Shown: piece by piece, positions 1 to 9,741 of the stretch | Numbering within the stretch: position 1 is the first letter of the stretch | Layout of the letters: each line of letters starts with the position of its first letter | Assembly (NCBI GenBank): GCA_965263035.1 | Contig: OZ253580.1 | Location: 1,696,001 to 1,760,000, forward strand | Direction: 5' to 3' | Source of the DNA: Acidobacteriota bacterium | GTDB taxonomy: Bacteria > Acidobacteriota > UBA6911 > RPQK01 > JAJDTT01 | Length of the DNA stretch: 64,000 bases | Notes under the pieces: model-generated | The model's input: the letters and a program-made list of their open reading frames with translations, nothing else | What the model was told of the DNA's origin: nothing | Database searches by the model: none | Program-made: the position numbers and the translations under genes

Positions 1-222
1 GCCCGGGTCCAAGTCCGATCAGGAGGAAAAAAACTCCGAGGAATCCCATCGCCACAGCTAAACTATCGGCTGCCCCGAGTAGTTTCGTCTATTCCGAATC
101 CGGAAACCACCCGGATCTCCAACGGCACTCTTTCCTTTTCAAGCGGCTTCCTGCACAATTTAGAAAACTATAGTGGATGCCGATCTACTGACAAAGCGAG
201 TTTTTGCAAACCAGCGGCCCGA

Positions 223-282
223 ATGATTCGCAACACAAATATAAATAAGTGTGAATATATCAATATATTCGTGCCGAATCAT
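223..282. promoter_or_regulatory. AT-rich nested inverted repeats, candidate operator
   Basis: GAATATAT-ca-ATATATTC (253-270) lies inside ATGATTCG...CGAATCAT (223-230/275-282), upstream of the hydrolase. Confidence 0.4.
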
Positions 283-317
283 AATGCCACGCTCGTCACA
301 TGCCGGAGGGAAATCGT

Positions 318-1541
318 ATGGACTCCAAGTTGCCGACACTCAATCGCAGGGACTGCCTGAAGACACTTTCTCTGGCGGCGTTCGCCGGAACCGCGGCCGG
401 CGCCCTCTCGGCTTGCCGGCGGGATGGACTCGGAGTCCCGGAGTGGGTCACCTATCCGGAAGAGGAATGGGTGAAGATCGATCCGGCCGACGCGGGTCTG
501 GACGCGGGACGAATGGACCGCATCTTCGCCGCCGCCGACATTCACCCGGGAGGCTTCGGCGGCACCGCTCCCGGCGATGAGGAATGGGGCGCCGTCCTGA
601 CTCGCGGGGGCTACCTCGTCTATTCCTTCGGCGATCCAACCTACAAGACGCAGTCGGCGTCGTTGGGGAAATGTCTCGTCCGCGCCCTACTGGGGTTGGC
701 GGTGGATGACGGCCTGGTCGACCCGGACGAACCCATCTGGAAGACCTGGACCGGGCGGGATGAGCTGTCGCATCCCCACAAGTACCTGGATCAAGGGCAT
801 CACAAGACCCTCACCTGGCGGAAACTGGTCAACCACCGGGGAGGATTCATCCTGGAGAGCGGTTACCACTGGCGGAACAAGCCGGGAGAGCGGGACCCGG
901 AAGTCGCGGCGCATTGGATCCACGGCACCATTCCGGACTGGGCGAAATGGACCGGCGACCCGATCCATGACAACTATTCCCATACGGAACCGGGTACCGT
1001 CACTCGATACAGCAGCGGAGGCTACGTGAGGCTGGGCCAGGCGTTGACCGCCCTCTGGGACCGGGATCTCAAGGAAGTCATCGACGAGCGGTTGTTCAGC
1101 CGCATGGGGATCCCTCCCGACCGATGGGAATGGAAGCCCGGCAAGGTGCTGCAGGACACGAAGGGCTTCTATCCCGCCATTCCCCACTACGGCGAGTACG
1201 TCGATCCGCCTTACGAGATCAACGGGAACGTGGTTCGGGGCGGTCCCGGCTGGTTCCTGATCAGTTCGGAAGACCTGGCCCGCTTCGGCCTGTTGATCGC
1301 AACCCGGGGGATCTGGCGCGGCGAACGGCTCATCAGTCCCGAGTGGCTCCGGGGTCATGCCGGATTGGACATCCACGTGACGGGCGGCGATCCCGACACC
1401 TATGTCTCACTGGGCAAGACGAACACGAAGAACTTCCCCTTCGGGAGAGAGGTCGGCGCCCGGGGGTATTTCTCCTTTCCCAAGGATCTCGTCACGGGCC
1501 CGGTCTCGCCGCCTCAGGCATCGTCCTATAGTGCATACTGA
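318..1541 (+). CDS. Beta-lactamase-family serine hydrolase, Tat-exported lipoprotein
   Basis: RRDCLK twin-arginine motif, LSAC lipobox, SxxK (SLGK), YSS, and the family-typical 'DLARFGLL...G.W.G.RLIS..W'. GGAGG precedes ATG 318. Confidence 0.8.
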   Translation: MDSKLPTLNRRDCLKTLSLAAFAGTAAGALSACRRDGLGVPEWVTYPEEEWVKIDPADAGLDAGRMDRIFAAADIHPGGFGGTAPGDEEWGAVLTRGGYLVYSFGDPTYKTQSASLGKCLVRALLGLAVDDGLVDPDEPIWKTWTGRDELSHPHKYLDQGHHKTLTWRKLVNHRGGFILESGYHWRNKPGERDPEVAAHWIHGTIPDWAKWTGDPIHDNYSHTEPGTVTRYSSGGYVRLGQALTALWDRDLKEVIDERLFSRMGIPPDRWEWKPGKVLQDTKGFYPAIPHYGEYVDPPYEINGNVVRGGPGWFLISSEDLARFGLLIATRGIWRGERLISPEWLRGHAGLDIHVTGGDPDTYVSLGKTNTKNFPFGREVGARGYFSFPKDLVTGPVSPPQASSYSAY

Positions 1542-1651
1542 AATAAATAAGATAACTATTGATATAAAATAAGTTATAATGAAATAATTTATTTTATAAA
1601 TGTTATTGATGCCCGTTTGTTAGATAAAATTCATTGGTGGAGAAAATATAT

Positions 1652-3781
1652 ATGGAATCAGGCAACAATACTTGTATATACTGGACCCTCACGAAACGCA
1701 AGGAGTGCGCCCGGCCCCTATTTATTGCACTAATTCTGCTTTTCCTGTCCCCCTCAATCGTTCATTCAAAAGGAAAGATGTCTGAACCAAAATATAAAAA
1801 CAATCTTAAAGTGGAATTCGTACGGGTTCCCATGCGGGACGGCGTCGAGCTGGCGGCCAAGATCGTGCGGCCCGACGCCGAAGGCCGGTTTCCCGGGGTC
1901 ATGATGTACTACCCGTATCGTTTTCTGAACGACTCGGAGGACCTGGGCTTCCCCTGGCCCGTCGGGCCCACCCCCTACCTGGCGGCGAGGGGCTATGCGG
2001 TCGTGCAGTACGAAGTCCGCGGGACCGGAAATTCGGGGGGCTGGACGAAAGACATCTACTCCGCCGACGAGAGGCGGGACGGTTACGAGATGGTGGAGTG
2101 GATCGCCGACCAACCCTGGTGCAACGGCAACGTGGGCATGATGGGGATCTCCTATGGAGGAGTGGTGCAGTGGCAGGTCGCGGTGCAGGCGCCTCCCAGT
2201 CTGAAGGCCATCATCGTCCGCTCCGCCAACGACGACGTCTACACCGAGTGGACCTACCCCGGCGGTGTCCTCCGGCCGTACATGTTCGACACCTTCTCGC
2301 CCCTGATGACGGCATCCAACCTGCTGCCGCCCAATCCGGACATCACCGGCCCCAAGTGGAGCGAAATCTGGCAGGAACGGCTGCAGAAGAGCGAGCCCTG
2401 GGGGATCGGATACATCTCCAACCAGCAGCAAGGTCCGTACTGGCAGGACCGTTCGTTGTCGAAGGATTTCAACCGGGTCAAATGCGCCGTCTACGTCATC
2501 GGGGGCTGGTCCGACTGCTATCCCACCGCGCTGCTGCGGGCCTACTCGAACTTGAAGGTTCCCAAACGGGCGCTGATCGGTCCCTGGGGACACTGGTGGC
2601 CGGAAGTGGAACGGGCGGTTCCCGGGCCCAGGATCCAGGGCGGCATCGAGTACGTGAAGTGGTTCGACTACTGGCTCAAGGGGATCGACAACGGCGTCAT
2701 GGACGAACCGCCGGTGACCATCTTCGTCAAGAAGTACAAGAAACCTTCCGCCCGGATGTATGTGGAGGAACCCGGGTCCTGGCGGTCGGAGCGGGAATGG
2801 CCCATCGCCCGCACCCGACCGACGCCGCTCTACTTCCATGCCGACGGCCGGCTGAGCCGCGAAGAAGACGCCACCGAAGGGCGCGACGAGTATGAATACA
2901 ACCCGATCGCGGGACTCACGTCGGGGATGCACTGGGGCGGCGGTGTCCTCCCCTGGGGAATGCCCATCGATCAGCGGTTGGACGAAGCCTTCTCCGTGAC
3001 CTATACGACACCCCCGCTGGAAGCGGAACTGGAAGTGACGGGAACCCCCACGGCGGTGCTCAACATCTCCTCCAGTGCCGAGGTCGCCTATTTCCGGGTG
3101 AAGCTCATAGACGTGGCTCCCGACGGGACGTCCAAGCTGGTCCGTTACGGGGGACTCAATGCGACTCACCGCAACTCGCACTTCGAGCCCGAACCCTTGG
3201 AGCCGGGACGAACCCACGAGATCAAGGTCGAGTTGAAGACGATTTCCTACGTCTACGCTCCGGGACACCGGATCCGGGTGGCCGTCACCAGCGCCGACAT
3301 CCAGAACGCGTGGCCGACGGCACAGAGCGCCACCAACACCATCCACCGAGGAGGGAGTTTTCCGTCCCGGATCATCCTCCCCGCGATTCCGCGGCAGAGT
3401 CCGAGCCTCCCGCCGCCCGATCTGAAAATCCTGCCCTCTGCCGATCCGGATATCCTCGCCAAGCCCACGGAATACTCCATCACCCGCGACCTGGTGAACG
3501 AGACCGCAACGGTCCGGTTGTCCGTGGACGATCGGGAGTACGGCCGGCTCATCGAGTCCAGCTTCACGGTGTCGTCGAAAGAACCCGCCAACGCCGTGCT
3601 CAAGGCCCGCTCCATCCGGTCGATGAACCGCCCCGACATGGAGATTCAGGTGGAGGCGAACGAGGTCACCACGAGCGACCGGTCCGCCTTTCACCATGTG
3701 GGCCAGGTCGAGGTCCGGGTCAACGGCAAGCGTCACACCAACAAGAGCTGGTCCGTGACCGTGCCCAGGAAACTGAACTGA
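1652..3781 (+). CDS. CocE/NonD (peptidase S15) family hydrolase
   Basis: VPMRDGVELAA, GISYGG nucleophile elbow, GPWGH, PepX_C-like C-terminal domain. Start uncertain. Confidence 0.9.
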   Translation: MESGNNTCIYWTLTKRKECARPLFIALILLFLSPSIVHSKGKMSEPKYKNNLKVEFVRVPMRDGVELAAKIVRPDAEGRFPGVMMYYPYRFLNDSEDLGFPWPVGPTPYLAARGYAVVQYEVRGTGNSGGWTKDIYSADERRDGYEMVEWIADQPWCNGNVGMMGISYGGVVQWQVAVQAPPSLKAIIVRSANDDVYTEWTYPGGVLRPYMFDTFSPLMTASNLLPPNPDITGPKWSEIWQERLQKSEPWGIGYISNQQQGPYWQDRSLSKDFNRVKCAVYVIGGWSDCYPTALLRAYSNLKVPKRALIGPWGHWWPEVERAVPGPRIQGGIEYVKWFDYWLKGIDNGVMDEPPVTIFVKKYKKPSARMYVEEPGSWRSEREWPIARTRPTPLYFHADGRLSREEDATEGRDEYEYNPIAGLTSGMHWGGGVLPWGMPIDQRLDEAFSVTYTTPPLEAELEVTGTPTAVLNISSSAEVAYFRVKLIDVAPDGTSKLVRYGGLNATHRNSHFEPEPLEPGRTHEIKVELKTISYVYAPGHRIRVAVTSADIQNAWPTAQSATNTIHRGGSFPSRIILPAIPRQSPSLPPPDLKILPSADPDILAKPTEYSITRDLVNETATVRLSVDDREYGRLIESSFTVSSKEPANAVLKARSIRSMNRPDMEIQVEANEVTTSDRSAFHHVGQVEVRVNGKRHTNKSWSVTVPRKLN

Positions 3782-3787
3782 GCCCAG

Positions 3788-3946
3788 GAGCCTGCGCCGC
3801 AGAAATTGATCTACTGCGAAAGCGGTAGAATCGGTCCATATTTCCTCGATTTCTCGGCGAATAGAACAACTATGCACCTCAAAATCGAGAAAATCTGGCC
3901 TCGATTCCCCACTTTCTCGCTACGATCATTTCTACCGCGCAGACTC
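3788..3946. mobile_element. MITE family A, copy 1 (159 bp)
   Basis: Near-identical to 31496-31662 and 34217-34375. Imperfect TIR GAGCCTGCGCCGCAGAAAT/ATTTCTACCGCGCAGACTC, flanked by CCAG/CTAG. Confidence 0.85.
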
Positions 3947-3950
3947 CTAG

Positions 3951-4060
3951 GAGGCTGTCCGAGAATGCGATTTTCGTCCAAAATCTACAGATATAAGTTA
4001 TTGATTTATAAGAAGATAGGTTTTTCGGGATCGTGATTTTTCGAGTTCTCGGACAGCCTC
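3951..4060. mobile_element. MITE family B (110 bp)
   Basis: Perfect 15-bp TIR GAGGCTGTCCGAGAA/TTCTCGGACAGCCTC, CTAG duplication (3947-3950, 4061-4064), internal IHF-consensus TAAGTTATTGATT. Confidence 0.85.
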
Positions 4061-4143
4061 CTAGGTCTCGCTCTGTTTTCCGGTTCCGGCCATTGCGGGA
4101 TCATCTGTATTGAAACTTCGTTCGTTCGGCGAAGGAATCCCTG

Positions 4144-6474
4144 ATGCGAAGCGGATTATTCAGTGTCTTGTCCATTCTCCTGTTTGCCAGCCAGGCCAGT
4201 CTGACGGTTCACTCGTCCCCTCCGAGTGAAAGGTCCCGGACGGCTCTGATGGGATACGCCGACCGCTTGAGCGTCCAGCCAGGCCAGTTGGTTCGCTTCA
4301 TGGTCAGTTGCGACTTTGCGGAATATCGAGCCGACATCGTTCGACTCATCCACGGTGACATCAATCCAAAGGGGCCCGGATTCAAGGAGGAACTCATTCA
4401 CACTCGGGTCAGCGGAGAATACCCGGGTCGACGTCAGGATCTCCGCGCCGGATCGCACGTCACCGTCCCCGACAGCCCTTCTCTTCGCCTGACTGGAAGC
4501 CTGACGCTTCAGGCGTGGATCGCCTCGAGCACACCCCAAAAAGGCGTCCAGGGCATTATCACCAAGTGGTCTCCGGCGGACCGCGCCGGCTATGGATTGT
4601 TTCTGGACCAGGATGGCAGCCTCTCCCTCTGGCTCTACGACGGCCAAGGCAGGCTCGTCAAGGTCAGAACGGGACGGCCTCTTCGTGCTTCGATTCCGGC
4701 CAGTTCAACCCGTCGCGGGGACAAGTCCACTGGAACCCGGATGCACCAGATGGTCAATCAGACCGACTGGTATTTTGTAGCCGCCACGTTCGAATCGGAA
4801 ACCGGCAAAGTCGTCCTCTACCAGGAACCGGTAATCTCCTGGCCGCTGGAGGACACCCGCAGCTTGACCGCACAGGAGACTTCGGCCCGCTCCGTGGGCA
4901 GCAGCCGAGCCGACCTCTTGCTGGCAGGCTACCGGACGGAAGATGCAGTCGAAAGCGTGTTCAACGGCAAGCTCGAGAGCCCCAAGATCTTCGACCGCGC
5001 TCTCAACCACCAGGAGATCGAGGCTCTCAAGGAGGGACGAGAAGTAGCGAATCCGGTGGCTGCCTGGGACTTCTCGCAGAGGATCTCCTCCCGCGATGTA
5101 ATGGATACCTCCTCCAATCAACTGCACGGCAAAACGGTGCAGATGCCGACTCGGGCCGTGACCGGCCACAATTGGACCGGCGCGGAGACGAACTTCAGAC
5201 TGGCCCCCGAACAATATGGCGCCATTTATTTTCACGACGACGATCTGGACGACGCCGGGTGGGAGGTCGATTTCGAGTTCAGGGCACCGGCCAACCTTGG
5301 AAGCGGTGTCTACGCCGCCCGGTTGCAGTCCGGAACTGCGGAGGACTACATTCCCTTCTTTGTCCGGCCCGCGCCGGGAACGACGACCGCACCCATCGCC
5401 CTCTTGATGCCCACCTTCAGCTACCTGGCCTACGGCGCTTCCGGATCCCCTGTGTTGAGTCTCTACAGCTTTCACTCTGACGGAAGCGGCGTCTGCCATG
5501 TCTCTTCACGTCGTCCGATTCTGAACCTGCGCCCCAAGGTCGTGGAGAACTGGCAGGGAATCGATCTGGTGCATATGTTCAACGCCGATCTTCATCTGGT
5601 GGACTGGCTGGAAGCCAAAGGATTCCAATATGACGTCATCACCGACGGGGACCTCCATGATGAGGGGGAAGGACTGCTGTCCCCGTACAAGGTCGTCATC
5701 ACCGGCTCCCACCCTGAATACTGGTCCGAGCAGATGCTGGATGGACTGCAGGACTATCTGTCCCAGGGCGGCCGGCTCATGTATCTGGGCGGCAACGGTT
5801 TCTACTGGGTGACTTCGGTCGACCCCGTCGGAGGGCACACCCTCGAGGTCCGGCGCAAGGACGGGACCCAAATGTGGGAGGCTGCGCCAGGAGAGTACTA
5901 CCACAGCACCACCGGAGAACTCGGAGGTCTCTGGCGTTTTCGGGGCCGGCCTCCGCAGAAGCTGGTAGGGGTCGGATTCACTTCCGTATCCGCACTTCGG
6001 CCGGAGCCGGGAAGACCGTTTCGGCGGCAGCCCGGCAGTTTCGACCCGCGCGTGGCCTTCATCTTCGAGGGTATTGGACCCGACGAGGTGATCGGAGACT
6101 TCCCTTCACTCCTAATTTATGGGGATTACGGTGCTGGCGGATTCGAGCTTGACCGAATGGACTATCGGCTCGGGACCCCGCCTCACACACTCCTGCTGGC
6201 GACCGCCTCAGGCTACTCCGATGCCTATCAGCACGTCGTGGAGGAGGTCATGCAAGCGGACTCGATGCAATCCGGGTCCGTCAACCCCTGGGTCCGATCG
6301 GACATGGTCTACTTCGAGCATCCCAATGGGGGATCTGTCTTCTCGGTCGGTTCAATTGCCTGGGATGCCAGCCTGTCCTACAACGAGTATGAAAACAACG
6401 TCTCGCGCATCACCGAGAATGTCCTGACGAAGTTCGCCTCGGACGAACGGTCTCCTGAAGACAACTCGAATTAA
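4144..6474 (+). CDS. N,N-dimethylformamidase large (beta) subunit-like protein with LamG-like domain and signal peptide
   Basis: GYADRLSV.PG, AIYFHDDDLDDAGW, PTFSYLAY, SLY..HSDGSG, GSHPEYWS, LMYLGGNGFYW, VFSVGSIAW. Confidence 0.85.
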   Translation: MRSGLFSVLSILLFASQASLTVHSSPPSERSRTALMGYADRLSVQPGQLVRFMVSCDFAEYRADIVRLIHGDINPKGPGFKEELIHTRVSGEYPGRRQDLRAGSHVTVPDSPSLRLTGSLTLQAWIASSTPQKGVQGIITKWSPADRAGYGLFLDQDGSLSLWLYDGQGRLVKVRTGRPLRASIPASSTRRGDKSTGTRMHQMVNQTDWYFVAATFESETGKVVLYQEPVISWPLEDTRSLTAQETSARSVGSSRADLLLAGYRTEDAVESVFNGKLESPKIFDRALNHQEIEALKEGREVANPVAAWDFSQRISSRDVMDTSSNQLHGKTVQMPTRAVTGHNWTGAETNFRLAPEQYGAIYFHDDDLDDAGWEVDFEFRAPANLGSGVYAARLQSGTAEDYIPFFVRPAPGTTTAPIALLMPTFSYLAYGASGSPVLSLYSFHSDGSGVCHVSSRRPILNLRPKVVENWQGIDLVHMFNADLHLVDWLEAKGFQYDVITDGDLHDEGEGLLSPYKVVITGSHPEYWSEQMLDGLQDYLSQGGRLMYLGGNGFYWVTSVDPVGGHTLEVRRKDGTQMWEAAPGEYYHSTTGELGGLWRFRGRPPQKLVGVGFTSVSALRPEPGRPFRRQPGSFDPRVAFIFEGIGPDEVIGDFPSLLIYGDYGAGGFELDRMDYRLGTPPHTLLLATASGYSDAYQHVVEEVMQADSMQSGSVNPWVRSDMVYFEHPNGGSVFSVGSIAWDASLSYNEYENNVSRITENVLTKFASDERSPEDNSN

Positions 6475-6561
6475 TCTTCCAACCCCCCTTACCGGCCCAG
6501 CCCAGAAAGAAACCAGAGTTACGCCTATGCACCATGCGCAATATGAGGCTAACGGGCACGA

Positions 6562-8091
6562 CTAGTTCCCGAGCGCATTCTCACTCCGTCGAGACCTCAA
6601 GGTTTCGAGCATGTCGAGTAACTTGCCCACGACCTTGCGCTCGGCCTGGGCTTCCAGATAGCTGTGTTCGCCCCGCCAAGTTTCGAAACCGCCCAGCGCG
6701 TGGTGTCTGGGCGGAGGAAGATAACTTCTTCCGCCCGCCAGGGAAATCGTGAACGTGGTCCCGAAAGGGCTCTCCTGCTTCAACTCCAGACCGGTCTCCG
6801 CAAAGACTTCATTGGGGATGGCGAGGATCGCCAAATCGCCAATTCGGACGACCTGCAACGGCCGCGTGAGCGTCTCCGGATATTGGCTCAACAGGGTCGT
6901 TTCCAATGCGAAGTACTTCTTCAGCGCCTGGTTCCTGTTGCCAGGGGAGATCTTGAGCGGATACTCGGTTTGGTCCACGATTCTCTTGGCCTGCTCGACT
7001 TCACCTGGACTGGGAAGGCGGACCCCCAGCTCCAAATCGGCGTTGATCACGTCCAGCGATACCCAGTCCTGGTACTCAAGGGTTTGATGGATTCGAAAGA
7101 CTTCGGCGGCCACTGCTCCGGCGATCCGATCCACCCAATGATACCGGTCAGCCTGGGGGAGGCGCCGCCGGAGGTTTCTCCAGCCGACATCGCCACTCGT
7201 GCCATTGGAGAGTATTCCCACGAACGGCGGGTCCTGACGCTGGACCTCCATCAGACGCTCCAAGTGATCGGCGAAGGCTCCGAAGTAGTCGGAAGAAACG
7301 TGGCCCACCGGAACTCCCACGTAGTGCAACGAATAGTTGGCGAGGAGAGCGATCGGTTGACCTTCCAGCGAATGGACCGCAACAAATGAGACGTCCGGGT
7401 CGACTGGACCGGCCGGCTCCAGCAGGTCGGGACTGCCTGCCGGTGGGTGCATCACAACCTGATCGATTCCACCCAGGGGATTGTGCACAATGGTTCCAGG
7501 CTTCATCTTCCATCTGCGATTGAAGACGAACTCGGGAACCTTGCCCACACCCCAACCGATCCGGGCCGGCACCAGATGGTTGATGGCAAGCTGAACCCCG
7601 TCGGCGATCTTCACCTTGAGGAGCCGCAGGTAATTCTCATCCGGCTCCATCTGGTTGGCCTTGACCACCGCCGGAGCAGAATGTGTGTGGGTCGCCGACA
7701 TCAGCAAGCTTTCGACAGGGATGCCGGTTCGCTGATGGGTCAGTTGCTTGATCTCCAGCCAGAGCTGCTGGGAAATAATCGTGTTGTCGACGACGACGAT
7801 CGCCAGTCGCGTCTCGCCGTCGTCCAGGACGAGGCAACGAGCCTTCAACTCATCGTGAATGTGTTCCGCTCGCCGGTCATGGAGCGCGCCGGCCAGGGAA
7901 ATTCCCAGCCACGGCGTGATATTGCTGGTGGCGGCTCCGGCCTGGAACTGTCTGGCCGGCTGCGCTGCAACGAGTTGGTGGGGCTGAAACCAACAAGTGA
8001 CTGACAGAGCTACGCCCGCCAGGAATAGAGATTGCCACGGCGTTCCGCGAAGCCCTTTCGCCGATAACCTACCTGCTCCCATTGCGACCAT
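6562..8091 (-). CDS. Neutral/alkaline ceramidase N-terminal-domain protein (secreted metallohydrolase)
   Basis: AGAATSNITP, IHDELKARCLVLDDG, SATHTHSAP, NYSLHY, SSDYFG, GTSGDV, IPNEVF. GGAGGA precedes ATG 8091. Confidence 0.8.
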   Translation of the reverse strand: MVAMGAGRLSAKGLRGTPWQSLFLAGVALSVTCWFQPHQLVAAQPARQFQAGAATSNITPWLGISLAGALHDRRAEHIHDELKARCLVLDDGETRLAIVVVDNTIISQQLWLEIKQLTHQRTGIPVESLLMSATHTHSAPAVVKANQMEPDENYLRLLKVKIADGVQLAINHLVPARIGWGVGKVPEFVFNRRWKMKPGTIVHNPLGGIDQVVMHPPAGSPDLLEPAGPVDPDVSFVAVHSLEGQPIALLANYSLHYVGVPVGHVSSDYFGAFADHLERLMEVQRQDPPFVGILSNGTSGDVGWRNLRRRLPQADRYHWVDRIAGAVAAEVFRIHQTLEYQDWVSLDVINADLELGVRLPSPGEVEQAKRIVDQTEYPLKISPGNRNQALKKYFALETTLLSQYPETLTRPLQVVRIGDLAILAIPNEVFAETGLELKQESPFGTTFTISLAGGRSYLPPPRHHALGGFETWRGEHSYLEAQAERKVVGKLLDMLETLRSRRSENALGN

Positions 8092-8184
8092 GCGCTGTCC
8101 TCCAGGCCAAACCATGAACCGACAAATCCGCTGACCACAGGGCAACGGAGCCCAAGATCGAAACTGTCGCCAGCTCTATCCTCG

Positions 8185-9571
8185 TTACTCGTTCACCTGC
8201 CGTACCAGTTGGTGAATCCGGCGCACCACGATCTCTTCGATTTCAGGGGCGAAGGGCCCGGGCAGACCGACCAGCAACATCGATCGTTCCGCCTCGTATC
8301 CACCTTCCTGCAACACTCGCCGGGAGGGTATATATGTCGTAACGTCATTCGAGTAGCCGACGATCCACGAGTCTCGATCGCGGGTGGCCAGTTCTTTTCT
8401 CAAGCGCACCCCGTAGTCGGCGACCACTTCACCGCCCAGGGCGATCAAAGTGAGAGAAGACCCCAATCGAATCGCTTGTAGCGGCAACAGATGGTGGCTC
8501 GCAAGTTTGCCGTCCCGCTCCAATCGAGACAGCGAGTACTCGGCGTGCTTGCGAACGTAGTCCTTATCGGCAGATAGTCGCTTCTGAAGGAACTCACGTG
8601 TCGGCGGTGGACCGAATGGAACCGGGACTTCGGCCAACGCGCTGTCCAGGTGTCCGCGAATCGACCGGCCGGAGTCCGACATGGCTCGAGAAACCGCGGC
8701 CGCCAATGCTCCTCCATGCCGGCGGGCCAACTCGAGGCTGCCTCGTTCACCGGGTTGGGCATCTCCTCCACATCCCTGCATGAACAGAGCCACCGCACCG
8801 GAATGGGTCGCTTCCAGACCACTTTGCGCAAAGCCCGGATAGTCGCCACTGATTCGATGAAAATCGCCTCGAAGGGTGGTGGGGTGGCAGGCGTAGCTGA
8901 AGAGAATCGCTTTGACGCCCCCATCACTACTTGAGACGCGCAGCACCGGGACGCCGTGGTCCACCAGTCCCTCAGGATTGGGAGCCAGCTTGACACCCTC
9001 GGGTGTGGGCAACCGGCGACTCATAGCGAACTTCGCCTCACCGCGGTGAAAGGAGAGGCGGGCCGGCGCCAGGTCCGTCAAGGCTCCATTCACCACCTGC
9101 ACCATTCGTTCCTGCACCATCCGGGTGTAACGCCGCAACCCGCCAAGCTGTTCCTGGTCGAGAACGTACATCATCTCCAGTGGACGCCGAACATGCTCGA
9201 CCAGAGGTCCCGTATGGGTGTGAGAGGCGTTGAACAACAGCTGCCGGCGCTGGAGAGCGTGTCGCCTTTCGATTCGGGCGGCCACGGGTTCAAGCATTTC
9301 CCGCTCGAATCCGGCCAGATCGGAGGTCACGATCACGACCCGGTTCCCCGCTGGATCCTCTATCGCCAGAGCCCGGACATGGATCTCATGTGCGATCCCC
9401 TGAGAATACCGGACTCCCAAGTACCCCCACATGCAGACGGACTCGTGCGGCGTGATCGTGACTTTGGCGACTCCTGCCTTCCACCTCCGGCGCCCGGATC
9501 GCCGGCAGGGCGTTCAGAGCACTCAGAGCGAAACACAGAACCACGAATACTGTCCTGGTCTTGAGCCTCAC
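8185..9571 (-). pseudogene. Ceramidase-like hydrolase with a frameshift after the signal peptide
   Basis: Signal peptide from GTG 9571 is in a different frame from WKAGVAKVTITP...MWGY. The body has SHTHTGP, YACHPT, SGDYPG, GGEVV. Confidence 0.7.
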
Positions 9572-9741
9572 ATTCCACCAACTTTCGTTCGGGATGCCTC
9601 TCGAATCCAAGTCGTCTGCTCCCGCCGGTCAACGGCGTCAACAGAACGGGCCGAGGAGCATTTTCCCTTCCGGTTCGCGGGATTCGATTTCGTTGACCGA
9701 AGAGGAGACAATCGCTATTCTGACGGCAATTCAGCCATCCT

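Noticed and set aside
1766-3877. Long antisense and alternate-frame ORFs (also 17691-19508, 39012-41057, 51910-54885)
   Set aside because: They are shadows of well-supported genes in high-GC DNA and carry no recognisable motifs.
3806-4036. ORFs beginning MIYCESGRIGPYF (also 34235-35446)
   Set aside because: They are translations of MITE A, not conserved in length or frame between copies.
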